Shown: piece by piece, positions 38,891 to 52,457 of the stretch
Layout: each line of letters opens with the position of its first letter
How positions within the stretch are numbered: position 1 is the first letter of the stretch
From: Octopus bimaculoides
Lineage: Eukaryota
Length of the DNA: 58,467 bases
Direction of reading: 5' to 3'
Assembly: GCF_001194135.2 (NCBI RefSeq)
Contig: NC_068983.1
Span: 12,162,217 to 12,220,683 of the forward strand
The notes under the pieces: generated by a model
Database searches by the model: none
Seen by the model: the letters and a program-made list of their open reading frames with translations, nothing else
Told to the model about the DNA's origin: nothing
Made by a program: the position numbers and the translations under genes

Positions 38891-39293
38891 GTTAATTTAT
38901 TACGCATAAGGAACGGGTGTAGGCAATTATATTGAGCTAGTTATAGTTTATATGTTTATTTTATATCACGTTTGAGGAAAATCTAATTTCTAATGATCCG
39001 ACAGCCAGTTCAAGATTTATTGTGGAGAATAACAGGTTATTCTGCAACACGGATGGAACAGTTGTTACAACACTTTATGGTGGACTTACGTCTTCGCTCT
39101 GAAACACATTCCTATCGGTTTTACTATAAATTTCCCTCTCACTGTTACACAATGCCAAAAGGCTAAAACACTAAACATTTACAGTTAGTTAATACAACGG
39201 CAGTCGAATTTTTCTATCCAAAGGATTTTTAATGCAATATTTATAAGCTCTTATTTATAACTTTATCTGCTTCATATTTCACGTTCCCAAAAG

Positions 39294-39362
<69 letters not shown>

Positions 39363-39370
39363 TACATATT

Positions 39371-39520
39371 TACGATGGGCTTCTTTCAGTTTCCGTCTAC
39401 CAAATCCACTCACAAGGCTTTGGTCGGCCCGAGGCTATAATAGAAGACACTTGCCCAAGGTGTCACGCAGTGGGACTGAATCCGAAACCATGTGGTTGGT
39501 AAGCAAGCTGCTTACCACAC
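39371..39520 (-). mobile_element. SINE family A 5' half ending at (TA)n
   Basis: Near-consensus head; adjacent (TA)n at 39296-39360; no 3' half beyond it. Confidence 0.9.
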
Positions 39521-40000
39521 TAATTATTACACGAAAATCTCATTAATATGGAAAGTAATGGAGAATTATGATATCATTAAGGGTAATTTCGACAGGCGGT
39601 GATATTTCTGAATTTGCTTGAGAACGACAAATTTCGTATTGAGAAAATAGATTTATACAAAGCAAATGGAACCATGAATGTGTATTATTCAAATACCTAC
39701 AATTCTGATGATATATGGGAGGGAAGCTCGCAAAAATTCAAATTTTTTAACCCTTACAATTTAATAAAAAAAAAAGCATTTATGCAAAATAGGTTTCCAG
39801 ACCACAATTTAGATTTGACTAGTGAAAGAATCTTATTGCAAAAGTATTGGCTGCCGTCGCGAGGAGCAGATATAATCTTATTGCAAACAAAATTAGCAGT
39901 TTACATATCTGAATAAATATTAAACTTTTCGCCAACCAGCTATAAAAGATTTGCTGCAAACGTAAGCAGCAGGATATCAGACAAATGTGGAGTATATCCA

Positions 40001-40074
<74 letters not shown>

Positions 40075-40308
40075 ATTCATANNNNNNNNNNNNNNNNNNN
40101 NNNNNNNNNNNNNNNNNNNNNNNNNNNNNNNNNNNNNNNNNNNNNNNNNNNNNNNNNNNNNNNNNNNNNNNNNNNNNNNNNNNNNNNNNNNNNNNNNNNN
40201 NNNNNNNNNNNNNNNNNNNNNNNNNNNNNNNNNNNNNNNNNNNNNNNNNNNNNNNNNNNNNNNNNNNNNNNNNNNNNNNNNNNNNNNNNNNNNNNNNNNG
40301 TATATCCA

Positions 40309-40382
<74 letters not shown>

Positions 40383-41219
40383 ATTCATAGTTTACATTTA
40401 GAAATAAGATAAAACATGATCAGATCTAATTCAACATATATAGCAATTTAGGAACAAGAATAACGAGGGTATATTTTTTTGGTTACTTTAGAAACATTTT
40501 CTATTTGACCAAAAGTATTGAATAGAAATATCGTAATGGTAAGTTTCTGTTAAGGAAAATAATATAACACGGTGCTTAAAGAACGATTTATCTCAGGATC
40601 TAAAAGGAACTGTAAACATTCACGCAGTAAATATTGATGACTGTAAAAGAAAAAGGTTGTTATATATCATGCAATCTTTAAAGTGATAGCGAATAAGAAA
40701 GTTATAAATTTCACACAGAAAACATTTAAAAGCAATTACTCGCGCTATAACAGATCCCGACGAACATATGTAAGATGAGGGGAGAATATAACGTTTTTTT
40801 TTTTTCAAAGAATATTTGATTATTAAAAGTGAAAGGTGAAACAAATGATTCATGTAAAACATGTACTTTACTGGAGTTCTCAAAAGATGGTAAACTAGAC
40901 TTGTCGGATGAATATTATATATTAATGTAAAATTAAAGTAAAAGCAACACCATAAAAATAAACAGTTAATATTGCTTCAGGAGTTTCAAGGAGGTATATC
41001 CAGAACGACGTCTATAAATTAAGAATCGCAAAAAATGCATGCATATCAGGTGACAAAAATGTCTATAAAGTAGCAAAGAAAAATGCCAGTTGTAAATTCT
41101 CTTGGATTAATTAACAAGAAATTTATGCGTTTAGTCTACAGATTTGAATATGCTCAATAACGTTTTGTGTCAGACACACATAGTCCTCAATATCAAATTA
41201 GTACAGTGAGAGCAAATTC

Positions 41220-41562
41220 CACTTCAAAGGAACACTATTTCAAGACGCGGAGGAAATCCAAGAGAATGTAACGAGGCAGCTGCACGTTATCCTAAAAAAT
41301 AATGATAATAAATAAATAAATAAATAAATATAACCCTGGGCCGACCAAAGCCTTGTGAGTGGATTTGGTAGACGGAAACTGAAATAAATAAATAAGTAAA
41401 TAAAAGAGTTCCAGGAATGTTTCCATCAATGGAAACAAAGCTGGATAAAGTGTTTGGCTTCAGAAGTTAGACTCCTTCGAAGGAGATTAAATGCCGAATT
41501 GCTATGTGTGGTAGTGTTTCTTACTATAGCATTAGTCTTGATATTTCTTGATCAGACTCCTA
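41220..41562 (+). mobile_element. Mariner 3' relic interrupted by a SINE fragment
   Basis: YFQDAEEIQENVTRQL..[insert]..EFQECFHQWKQSWIKC..SFEGD*, with TIR-like TTCTTGATCAGACTCC-TA. Confidence 0.75.
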
Positions 41563-41910
41563 TTCATACTTTATATCTGCGTGTGTGTAGTTTGCGTGTA
41601 CACCTAGGCACCTGGACGAGTGTAGGTGTCTCTTCCTGTGGATCTATACATTTGTACTTAAAAATATATGCTTTTAGATTTAGTCTTTTTGAAATATACC
41701 AATTGATCTTTGAACACCTATTATGTGTAAGGCCATGACGTACCTCTTTATATTCGTTTTATTCTAATCAACATGGTAACTGCTTGACCATTTAAGAACA
41801 CTTTCCCTTTTTATAACCTTTAACTTGTACTCCCTTTTACTTACTGTCTTTCTTACAAAGGTTTGATATCTTTCTCTTTTCCTCTATCCCCATCTATTAT
41901 AATTTTTATC

Positions 41911-42074
41911 TTTTACTTGTTTCATGCAGGGATACCATCTCGAAGGGTTTCTAGTCAAATCAAATCGACCTAAGGAATTGTTTTTTAAAGGACTGATACT
42001 TATTCCATCGGTGTATTTTGCAGAACCGCTAATTTACGGAGACGTAAACACACTAATACCGGTTGTGGCGACAA

Positions 42075-42119
<45 letters not shown>

Positions 42120-42308
42120 CACCAGACTCACACACACATACATACAACAGGCTTCATTCAGTTTCCGTGCATCAACTCTACTCACAAGGCCTTGATCGGC
42201 CCGAAGCTATAGTAGAAGGCATTTGCGCAAGGAGATACATAGTGGGATTGAACCTGCAACCATGTGGCTGGGAAGCAAGCTTTTTACCACAGAGTCATGC
42301 CTGCGCCT
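41911..42308 (-). mobile_element. Diverged full-length SINE family A
   Basis: Head, internal (CA)n and tail all present. Confidence 0.8.
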
Positions 42309-43074
42309 GTATATACATATTTATTAAGTTATTTAGTTATCCATTCATTGTCACTTTATGTTGTTTATATATATANNNNNNNNNNNNNNNNNNNNNNNNN
42401 NNNNNNNNNNNNNNNNNNNNNNNNNNNNNNNNNNNNNNNNNNNNNNNNNNNNNNNNNNNNNNNNNNNNNNNNNNNNNNNNNNNNNNNNNNNNNNNNNNNN
42501 NNNNNNNNNNNNNNNNNNNNNNNNNNNNNNNNNNNNNNNNNNNNNNNNNNNNNNNNNNNNNNNNNNNNNNNNNNNNNNNNNNNNNNNNNNNNNNNNNNNN
42601 NNNNNNNNNNNNNNNNNNNNNNNNNNNNNNNNNNNNNNNNNNNNNNNNNNNNNNNNNNNNNNNNNNNNNNNNNNNNNNNNNNNNNNNNNNNNNNNNNNNN
42701 NNNNNNNNNNNNNNNNNNNNNNNNNNNNNNNNNNNNNNNNNNNNNNNNNNNNNNNNNNNNNNNNNNNNNNNNNNNNNNNNNNNNNNNNNNNNNNNNNNNN
42801 NNNNNNNNNNNNNNNNNNNNNNNNNNNNNNNNNNNNNNNNNNNNNNNNNNNNNNNNNNNNNNNNNNNNNNNNNATATATAATATATATCTATATATATAT
42901 ATATATATAAATATATATATATATTTATTGTTCAACCTAGTGGTATTTTTCTTTTGTTTTTTCTTTCTTTCTTTCCTTATACAATTATAATATTGTCTTT
43001 CTCCTTTTTCCCCTCTTTTCTTTTCTGTCTATTCTTTATTTTATCCTTTTTTTCTGTTTTACTCTCCCTTTTCT

Positions 43075-43222
43075 CTCTCCCTGTTTTTTCCCTCTCAAAG
43101 AACATAGGCTCGAAACGTAAAAGACTTTCTCACCTTCCCAAGCGTTAAACTATTACACATGTTTGTTGTTTACACACGTATCTTCGTCTTTTGTTTGATT
43201 TTGTAAGTTCCAACTACATATA
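43075..43222 (+). mobile_element. H1 hammerhead-repeat, copy 2
   Basis: ..GAACATAGGCTCGAAACGTAAAAGACTTTCTCACCTTCCCAAGCGTTAAACT..; the 5' core is decayed. Confidence 0.75.
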
Positions 43223-43757
43223 AATAGGCCTCGCCGTCTATCCAACTCTATACATTTGTTCTCTGTCACGTAACGCAACAGAGTGTTTCCCTAATGAACC
43301 ACCGTGCTTAAACATCCAATAGCACTTCTAAAATAAAAAAAAGAATTGTTCAAAACAACCTCACTAGTGAAACATACGTAGCAACAAATGATATAAGCTT
43401 TTGCTTATCGTACTTTTCTCCTACATTTACCTTGTATATCATAACTAGCCATACTACTAGGGATAGTAGTTGCTTAACACATATACGTATTGGATGATAG
43501 TAATCGACGTGAAGCTGTAAACGTAACAGCGATAACCGCATACTCGCACACAACATACACGTTTTTTCTTATTTCCTTCTTGTAGAGCTTCCTTGTTTTT
43601 TAAAAAATATATATAACACATAAACAGAGCCTGAAAGATTGCTTTAAGATATTTTATAAACATACCTGTTCAAGTACCATAATATAACTGTTAGCAGCTC
43701 TTTCAGTTATGTATTTAATTTGATCTCTCTCTCTCTCTNNNNNNNNNNNNNNNNNNN

Positions 43758-43810
<53 letters not shown>

Positions 43811-44635
43811 ATGTATATATGTATGTACGTATATGTGTATATCTGCATATTAATATTCATATATAAGTGTAGAGTCGTAGTCTGAGATTTTCATTTATGA
43901 GAGCACTCATTTCATATTGGATATTGTGAAATGTTTTATGCAGCTGTATTCAGCAAGACAACACTATTCTATTCATTAAGTATTCCAATAAAATGTTATC
44001 GATTTTATGATGATATTTCAGTGTCTTGTCAAGTAAGAAATATAATATCAGGAAATACAGAAAATATCAGCAAAATGTAAAACGTAAAATATTAAAAACA
44101 AAATGAATATAAAATACAAAATGATATATTTTCTTCTTTTAAATGATATTCACATTTAAAACAATACTATATCACCACTAATATATGGAAGCTGAATATA
44201 TTTGAAGAGAGAAAAAAAAGACAAGAAAATTAATATTGGTGTAAAATAACAATGTAAAATATTGTTATTTTAATTTTAATTTTCTCTGCACTGTTGACAC
44301 AACAGCAATATATTTTATGTCTTTTAATTATTTGTCACAGTAGCAGCATTGTTATTCTACTGTTTGCTGTGACAGACGAGAACACATATGCTTTTAGTTT
44401 CAGGTATTTATTTTATTTGGTTTTGACTCACAAAAATAACCTGACGAAACTTAGATATTGATTTCTAATACTGGCACAATGCTAGTACGTTTCGTTTAGT
44501 AGTGGAACTGGAACTATAGATTTATTTGAACCGCAATGTATTACCGCTATTAAATCAACCGACCAAAATATGATGGAAATGTATCACGTTCGTCTCTCTA
44601 ATGATTTTACCAACAGTGACTTATACCGCTGACAT

Positions 44636-44826
44636 AATAATTGTTTCAAATTTTGGAAAAAGGCCATCAATTTTGGGGTAAGGGTTAAATTGATCACATC
44701 GAGCCCAATGCTCAGATGATCAATAAAATTTATTGACCCCGAAAGATAAAAGGCAAATTCGACCTCGAAGGACCTTGGAATCAGAACATAAAGGCGGACA
44801 AAACGCCGTTATATATTTTGCCCCGG
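44636..44826 (-). mobile_element. Degenerate SINE family B
   Basis: GACCCCGAAAGATAAAAGGCAAATTCGACCTCG core on +. Confidence 0.65.
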
Positions 44827-45664
44827 AAATTGCTAGCCTTGTACCAGAATTATAAAGAATATTATGTACATATGAATACATTCATTAACCTTATAATCAA
44901 GATAGCAATATTGAATTTGAACTAATTCTGCAAGAAATACACAAGCGAGTGTGTATTTGTGTGTGTATGTATGTGTGTGAGCTAGTTTGATCTGATCGTA
45001 GGGGAGGACCCTACGAAGCCGGTCATGCTCTTAACGATCACCTTGTTCTGGTTGGTGCATGCTGACGATTGTCGACAAATCATGTACTATATCGAGATTC
45101 CAGAGGTCATCCATTTCGACATTCTGAGGACAAATGACAGAGTACAGAGGTTAGTGGAAACATGAGGTTAGTGGAAACATGAGGTTAGTGGTGCACACAA
45201 AAGATGTAACGAGAAAAACGAAACGAATAATCGAGGAGTGGTTGAGTGACTATGGTAGAGGATCAGCTAGCTCCGAAGTGAAAGCCATTTTATATAGCAA
45301 ATGAAAAACGTCGGGAGGACAAAGCAATGTCTGTGGGCCAGATTTCTACATAACACAGCATTGTCCTAGAAATGAGACCAATACTTGAAAGTGCAGGTTT
45401 GATTCTTCCTATTCTGCTTCTGTCAGCCTCTCACACAATCTTTCTGCCATTCTCTCCTGCTCCTTAACAGCCCTTCGCTCTCGTTTCTCTTTCACATCTC
45501 AAATCGCATTCTCTTTTCTTGTAAAATATTAATGCATTTCATTTTCTGTCTTCACATTTTAAAATATCTCTTTCTAGTTTCCAATTCATCTGGCCATAAA
45601 TTCCCATGTCCGAGACTTTAGTTTCTTGTGGCCTTCGTGACAGTCAACACTTAATCTTTTACTA

Positions 45665-46053
45665 TTTTACTTGTTTCAGCCATTTGACTGCGGTCATGCT
45701 GGAGCACCGCCTTTAGTCGAGCAAATCGACCCCAGTACTTATTCTTTGTAAGCCTAGTACTTATTCTATGGGTCTATTTTGCCGAACCGCTAAGTTACGG
45801 GGACCTAAACACACCAGCATCGGTTGTCAAGCTATGTTGGGGGGACAAACACAGGCACACAAACACGCACATATATATTTATACATAAACATATATATAC
45901 GATGGGCTTCTTTCAGTTTCTGTCTACCAAATCCACTCACAAGGCGTTGCTCGACCCGAGGCTATAGTAGAAGACACTTTCCCAAGGTGCCACGCAGTGG
46001 GACTGAACCCAGAACTATGTGGCTGGTAAGCAAGCTACTTACCACACAGCCAC
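45665..46053 (-). mobile_element. Full-length SINE family A
   Basis: Head through tail with the internal microsatellite. Confidence 0.9.
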
Positions 46054-46230
46054 GTGAGTCTTCAAACACTTTTGTGTTGTATTTTCTTTACCATTTGTCC
46101 CAAGTGTTTGAAACAGCAACGCTTCAACCAAATCAGGGGAAAACTATGTTTAGAAACATTCAAACTTTGAGCATCCTTTGTTTTTAGGACCACCTAAAAC
46201 AACGTCATCAACGTGTTCTTTCTTTTCTAG

Positions 46231-46293
46231 ATGGATGGCAAGTTGATATTAGTGCGGGATTTTGCTCCTACTTCTAGCAGATCATGCGACGTG
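46231..46293 (+). CDS. Candidate 63-nt phase-0 exon (MDGKLILVRDFAPTSSRSCDV)
   Basis: Acceptor TGTTCTTTCTTTTCTAG, donor GTG|GTAAGA, length divisible by 3, only phase 0 open. Confidence 0.5.
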
Positions 46294-47809
46294 GTAAGAG
46301 CTCAATACAATGCTCTACATTTGGAATGTCACTGTAATTTGGAGCGCCACCGACAGTGTGTGCCAGTGTGTAGAATATGATAAATAGTATTCGATTTACT
46401 AAAGAAAATTATAACTCTAAAATTCATGAAAAAAATTAGATACATGTGCCATAAAAGAAGATATATAAAGTGAGTGTGATGTTATTTCGAAAAATATATT
46501 CAAAGATAATGAAAACTCGGCTTTTGATATGTGTTATCTAATTTTCTCTGAGGGATCATCTTTATAAATGATACGGCAAATATATTTTCCTTTATTTATT
46601 CTGCATAACTACCAAGTAAAATCACATGAACTATCTATATATTCAGCGCCAAATTGACTGTTGAAAGTGAATGTTAATGATAGTTTCAAACAGCCACAGC
46701 AGTAGAAGTTTCAAAGAGATAAGAAAGAGGAGAACTTGATGCCAATCTAGTTCTATTTTCTATCTCTCTATCTCTCCTACAATGTATGACGTGTAGGTTA
46801 GATCACTGTGTAAGTGATAGGACCTTAGATTAAAGTTTATAATTAATTCAGTTGTGAAGTTGACATTGAGTCCTTTGAGAATCAATGATTTATATAATAA
46901 CTGGAAGTACATTGTCAGCAGAGAATAGTGGCAGTAATAAACAATAACCATATCTAGTGAGTTGAATCTAGGATTTACTAGATAATGTCTCTACGTTAAG
47001 ACCTATTCAACTGGAGATAATAAGTTATCCGAAAATAACAAAACAGCGTAAATAAACTTAAGAACAGCAAACATTGATAACTAACAACGTTAACGATTGA
47101 ATCCTGCACTGCATTTAATATAAAATGCATTGATTAGCGAACTGGTTAATAAAACTTTGGATACATGCTAAAGTTATTACATTCATGACTGAACGTGCTT
47201 GAATTATGCCCACACGGGACTGAGTCAGAAATATGAGTCATGAGTCAAGAATCACTGTTCAAAAACTTAGCGTTGTATCAGAAACGCTACACAAATAAAT
47301 AATGAAAATAAAGGAAGATTTTGTAAAATATGTCTGTAGCAAATACAAGGGCTTTCGTTGAGGAAATCAGGAAATAATCGATAATAGTTCAGGCATCTGT
47401 GGTGTTGCGCTACATCCCTTAAGGCATGAGGTTTAAACATAACAATAAATAAAGGTTTATTAATTAAGAATAAAGCAAATTCTCTCACCGATTTCGAAGC
47501 TGTGGCATTCACGCTTTTCCCAACGATATTAGCGTCGTAAATTATGTATTTTCAATCGAAAGTAAACGTGATTGTTGACTTAGGTATCATCCTACAGCTG
47601 CTGCATCACTATCCCTAAAAATATTGACTTCTACAACATAATTTTTAATTACTTTAAATTTCGGACACTCTACCCTTGCATATATAAATGAACGTATTGA
47701 TGAATTATGAATGAACATAATGACCTATCAGTTATTTACACTTGAAAAGATAGAAGATGCATTACAGCCTAAATCCCTCCAGAAGTGAACATATAAATGA
47801 AAGTTTTGA

Positions 47810-47969
47810 GGCGCAGGAGTGGCTGTGTGGTATGTAGCTTGCTTACCAACCACATGATTCCGGATTCAGTCCCACTGCGTGGCAGCTTGGGCAAGTTTCT
47901 TTATTATAGCCTCGGGCCGACCAAAGCCTGTGAGTGGATTTAGTAGACGGAAACTGAAATAAGCCCGTC

Positions 47970-48003
<34 letters not shown>

Positions 48004-48046
48004 NNNNNNNNNNNNNNNNNNNNNNNNNNNNNNNNNNNNNNNNNNN

Positions 48047-48105
<59 letters not shown>

Positions 48106-48315
48106 GTATCTGTTTTTGTCTCCCCAACATCGCTTGACAACCGATGTTGGTGAGTTGAATCTAGGTCTCCGTAACTTAGCGGCTCGGCATAAGAGACCGA
48201 TAGAATAAGTACTAGGCTTACAAAGAATAAGTCCTGGGGTCGATTTTATTCGACTAAAGGTGGTGCTCCAGCATGGCCGCAGTCAAATGACTGAAACAAG
48301 TAAAAGAAAAAAAGA
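47810..48315 (+). mobile_element. Full-length SINE family A (tRNA head, internal microsatellite with gap)
   Basis: GGCGCAGGAGTGGCTGTGTGG (A box), GATTCAGTCCC (B box), tail GACTGAAACAAGTAAAAG. Confidence 0.92.
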
Positions 48316-48476
48316 ACATTTAATTTATTGTACGACAGTCTCATGTTGTATTTCCATATCAAACCTCAGCTACATTCTATATAACAAAAACAAAGTATCC
48401 AATGCCGATATATTAATATCCAATAAACCACAATGTAACCTGTTTTACAAATCTGTTGACTCACTGTTCTTTCAAG

Positions 48477-49275
48477 TTTTTTTTTTTTTTTTGTTCTAGC
48501 TGAGTCTGGGGGAGATGCAATGTCCATTACCTTCGCAACTCGAATCCGGTGAAACTGAAGCGGTTTATATCCTACCTATACTATTGCAAATCCTCCAGGA
48601 AAGACATGAACATTGTGGAGGTTCAAGAGCGCCGATGTATTTGATGCGGAACACGTGGGTTGCACACAGAAGTGATGAAAAATAGAGAGACAAAAAGGTC
48701 GGGAGCGCGTAAGTGTAGGAGGTACAAGACTATTCAACTCTGATGAATAGAAGATATTATAATATTGGTGAAAAGGCTGAGATACCAGATAGCATACTGT
48801 AGGCAAGAGGCTCGTGCATTTGTACATGCGAGACTTTCTCTGAATGTGAGCTAGAATGTATCTGAGTGCAGCAATAATACCGTCCCAGATATGAGAGCAA
48901 TGCTCCATTTTAGACTTCAATTTAGCTCTGTAGTTTCAGTAATAGTAAGACTGAAATATCATCTGGCCAGCATTGGGGAAGTGTGTCCTATCAATATTAA
49001 GAGGAGTTCCTTGGTGATAGAGAGGCCTAGTAATTCGAGCAACTTTTAAGGCTCTAGTTGAGTGTTTCTTATGTTTAGGGGTCATGTAGAGTGCTTATGT
49101 TTACTTCATACGAGTTGTGTTTGTGTTATGTTGTTATTGAAGAATGGAAGATGAGAATGGCTCCACTGAGGGTGACTCAAGGTGCTGGTGAACGTCATTG
49201 TTAATGGCAGTCCCTATTACCTTTGAAATATTAGAAGTGAGTGCAACAGAATTACATCTAACAGGTCGACAAGGT
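48477..49275 (-). mobile_element. LINE ORF2 RT relic (CR1/L2/Jockey-type) with poly(A) end and internal deletion
   Basis: VALTSNISKV..INNDVHQHLES, LELLGLSITKEL, KMEHCSHIWDG..HIQRK, ..VFP. The T-run at ~48477-48492 is the poly(A) tail. Confidence 0.8.
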
Positions 49276-49534
49276 TGCATTTTGTGGGAATGGGACACAT
49301 TATAGCGCTTTCAAACATAAGGGGATATTCCTGGAAAGAATGTGAGCTTGAACTGTTTGGTGAATATTATGGAAAGTATTTCAGTGGATCTGATCTACTA
49401 ATCTGGTTAATCTTAGCAACCAAATCATATCTACCAAAAGAACATGTACTAGCAATTGTTTAAGAATTTTCTTTGAAAAACCATTCTAAAATTTCTGTTA
49501 CAATGGAACAACAGTTTCATTCTACTTTCCTACC

Positions 49535-49755
49535 CACTTGTTCATTCTGAGAGTATCACTCCTCTGGAATACACTTAATACATATGTATTTCCAGCAACC
49601 TTCAATTTGCAAGTTTGTCCAAGAGGAATATTGACCCGGTCAGTGTCACTGACCTCGGTGTGTCTGCGAAAACTTTGTGTACAGGACTTTTTTTTAACCC
49701 AAGCCGATGATCTCACTATTTCTTGACTTCTTCTTGAGACCAACCTACAACAAAA
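49535..49755 (+). mobile_element. Second LINE 3'-end fragment, opposite orientation
   Basis: RVSLLWNTLNTYVFPATFNLQ matches the LWNxLPxxVFP C-terminal motif. Confidence 0.6.
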
Positions 49756-50411
49756 CAAGAAAAAATAAAGGAAAAATTCACTGCTCCAATGTGATATTCA
49801 TTTAGTACGGAGCTACATCTAACTGAGTGAAAACATAAAAGTTGGGAAAAAAAGAAATAAAATCCTCTGAAGTACTAAACGAAGTGGAATCTATATGTAT
49901 GGCTTTAACATTACTCTAACGTCATATATAGTATATATTTATAATGCTTGTGCTATATGGGTCGAAAACATTCTGTTTCCATTTCGTTCTGAAATAAACA
50001 AATTTCTGATTGAACTTGAGGTCACGAAACTAGTATCGAACTGTTGTTCCCCTGTACAGAAATGTTAGATTGGTTCTTCTGAGAAAATCTTAATAAACTA
50101 ATTGGAGTCACAATGTCGCAAAACATCTTAATGATTTCAAAAATCTGACCTCATTGTTGCTAATAATAATTAGAATTGAAAAAGAAAACAGAAAGAAAAA
50201 AAAAAACAACTCCACAAAACAAATCGTGCAAATATGTCAGTTTATCGATCACACATAAAGAAAGTGTGAAGTAAACTAATATTATTCTTCCATTAAGAGA
50301 TGACAACAACGAACACGGCGACAATGAATGCGAAAAATATTACAATGGTACTGATGTTGGTACAGATGACATTGTTGTTGATGATGATGACAATGATGTT
50401 GATGACGATGG

Positions 50412-50443
<32 letters not shown>

Positions 50444-50806
50444 GTCATAATGGTGTTGATGATAATGGTGAACCGGGGGAGGGAGAATTGGGGAGTCAGT
50501 ACTATGGTGGTGGTGGTGGTGGTGGCGATGAACTTATTTCAGCATTATATACCATAATATTATACATTATAACAATGCTCCTTTCAAAGCGTACGACATA
50601 AATTACTCTTTATTTTATTTTACTTTATATTTTACTGCTTATTTTCATTGTTCGCTATCTATATTATATATTTTCGCTCTTTACCACCATCCTCTCACTC
50701 CCCCTACTAATTCTTCTTCTATAAAAAAAAAAAATATATACTATTATTACAATACTCGCAGTTCGTGATTTTATATTGAAATCAATACATTTCTTCCACA
50801 TAGTTA

Positions 50807-50846
<40 letters not shown>

Positions 50847-52149
50847 CACACACACATAAATACAAACACTCACACATACACACAAGCACAAACATACACA
50901 CACTCATAGATTAAATGCACAGATATGCGCTCGCGAACACGCTCATATATATTTGGCTGTCTAAATGATATANNNNNNNNNNNNNNNNNNNNNNNNNNNN
51001 NNNNNNNNNNNNNNNNNNNNNNNNNNNNNNNNNNNNNNNNNNNNNNNNNNNNNNNNNNNNNNNNNNNNNNNNNNNNNNNNNNNNNNNNNNNNNNNNNNNN
51101 NNNNNNNNNNNNNNNNNNNNNNNNNNNNNNNNNNNNNNNNNNNNNNNNNNNNNNNNNNNNNNNNNNNNNNNNNNNNNNNNNNNNNNNNNNNNNNNNNNNN
51201 NNNNNNNNNNNNNNNNNNNNNNNNNNNNNNNNNNNNNNNNNNNNNNNNNNNNNNNNNNNNNNNNNNNNNNNNNNNNNNNNNNNNNNNNNNNNNNNNNNNN
51301 NNNNNNNNNNNNNNNNNNNNNNNNNNNNNNNNNNNNNNNNNNNNNNNNNNNNNNNNNNNNNNNNNNNNNNNNNNNNNNNNNNNNNNNNNNNNNNNNNNNN
51401 NNNNNNNNNNNNNNNNNNNNNNNNNNNNNNNNNNNNNNNNNNNNNNNNNNNNNNNNNNNNNNNNNNNNNNNNNNNNNNNNNNNNNNNNNNNNNNNNNNNN
51501 NNNNNNNNNNNNNNNNNNNNNNNNNNNNNNNNNNNNNNNNNNNNNNNTAAAAGAGAAACAACATCGCAACGAATACTATTTTCTATTGGGGAAACTATCC
51601 GAATTCGCCCTACTTGGGCCAATACGAAGATGAAATAACGTTAGAGAATAGAGTGAGATTAAATGAAGGAGAATGAGAAAAAAAAATTAAGAGATAGCAG
51701 AAAAAAAAAAGATTTTATGAAATAAAATTCCAAGTAGTAAAGTAAAATAGCGACTAATATTTTTTTTCTCTCTCCAGAATGTGAGAGGAGAACTATCAAG
51801 AGCAGAGAAATCTGTAAACCAAGTCCCGTCACCTAAAATAAAATGAAAATAATAATAATAATAATAATAATACAAATGCGGAGGAATAATATAACGTGCA
51901 AATAAAAGTATATATAAAATCAAATTATAAAAAAAATCTTATAAAACAAAAGATATGGGGTGAAACAAATAAAATGACTACAAAACAAAATAAGTTAGAT
52001 GATGGAAAAGAAAGAGTAAAATGACTTGCATGTTTCGGTTGGGTGTTACGTTTGAGATTCCTTCTAACAATGGAAATACATTTTATAGTCAAACGTAAAA
52101 CACGAGGAGACAGCAACAACAGTTCTGGCAGCATCACTATGGCTGAATA

Positions 52150-52388
52150 AAATCTACACGCACACATACATACATACATACATGCATACATACATACATA
52201 CATACACACATACATACATACATACATACATACATACATACATACATGCATGCATGCATATATGACGATAAAATAGAAAATATATATAATATATATTGTA
52301 AATATATATTAATAAAATAGTATATGATATATATATATATACATATGTATAATATATATAATATATATAACAATACATATATATAACA

Positions 52389-52457
<69 letters not shown>
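52150..52457. repeat. (CATA)n and (TA)n microsatellites
   Basis: Directly visible. Confidence 0.95.

Noticed and set aside
39599-39916. 105-aa ORF in AT-rich DNA
   Set aside because: No ATG at the listed start, no splice support or recognisable motif, and a length compatible with chance.
39992-40389. Exact 90-bp direct repeat on both sides of a gap
   Set aside because: Identical flanks around an N run indicate unmerged overlapping contig ends.
50300-50557. Met-rich or Asp-rich ORF
   Set aside because: Degenerate (GAT)n/(GGT)n microsatellite with no convincing donor or homology.
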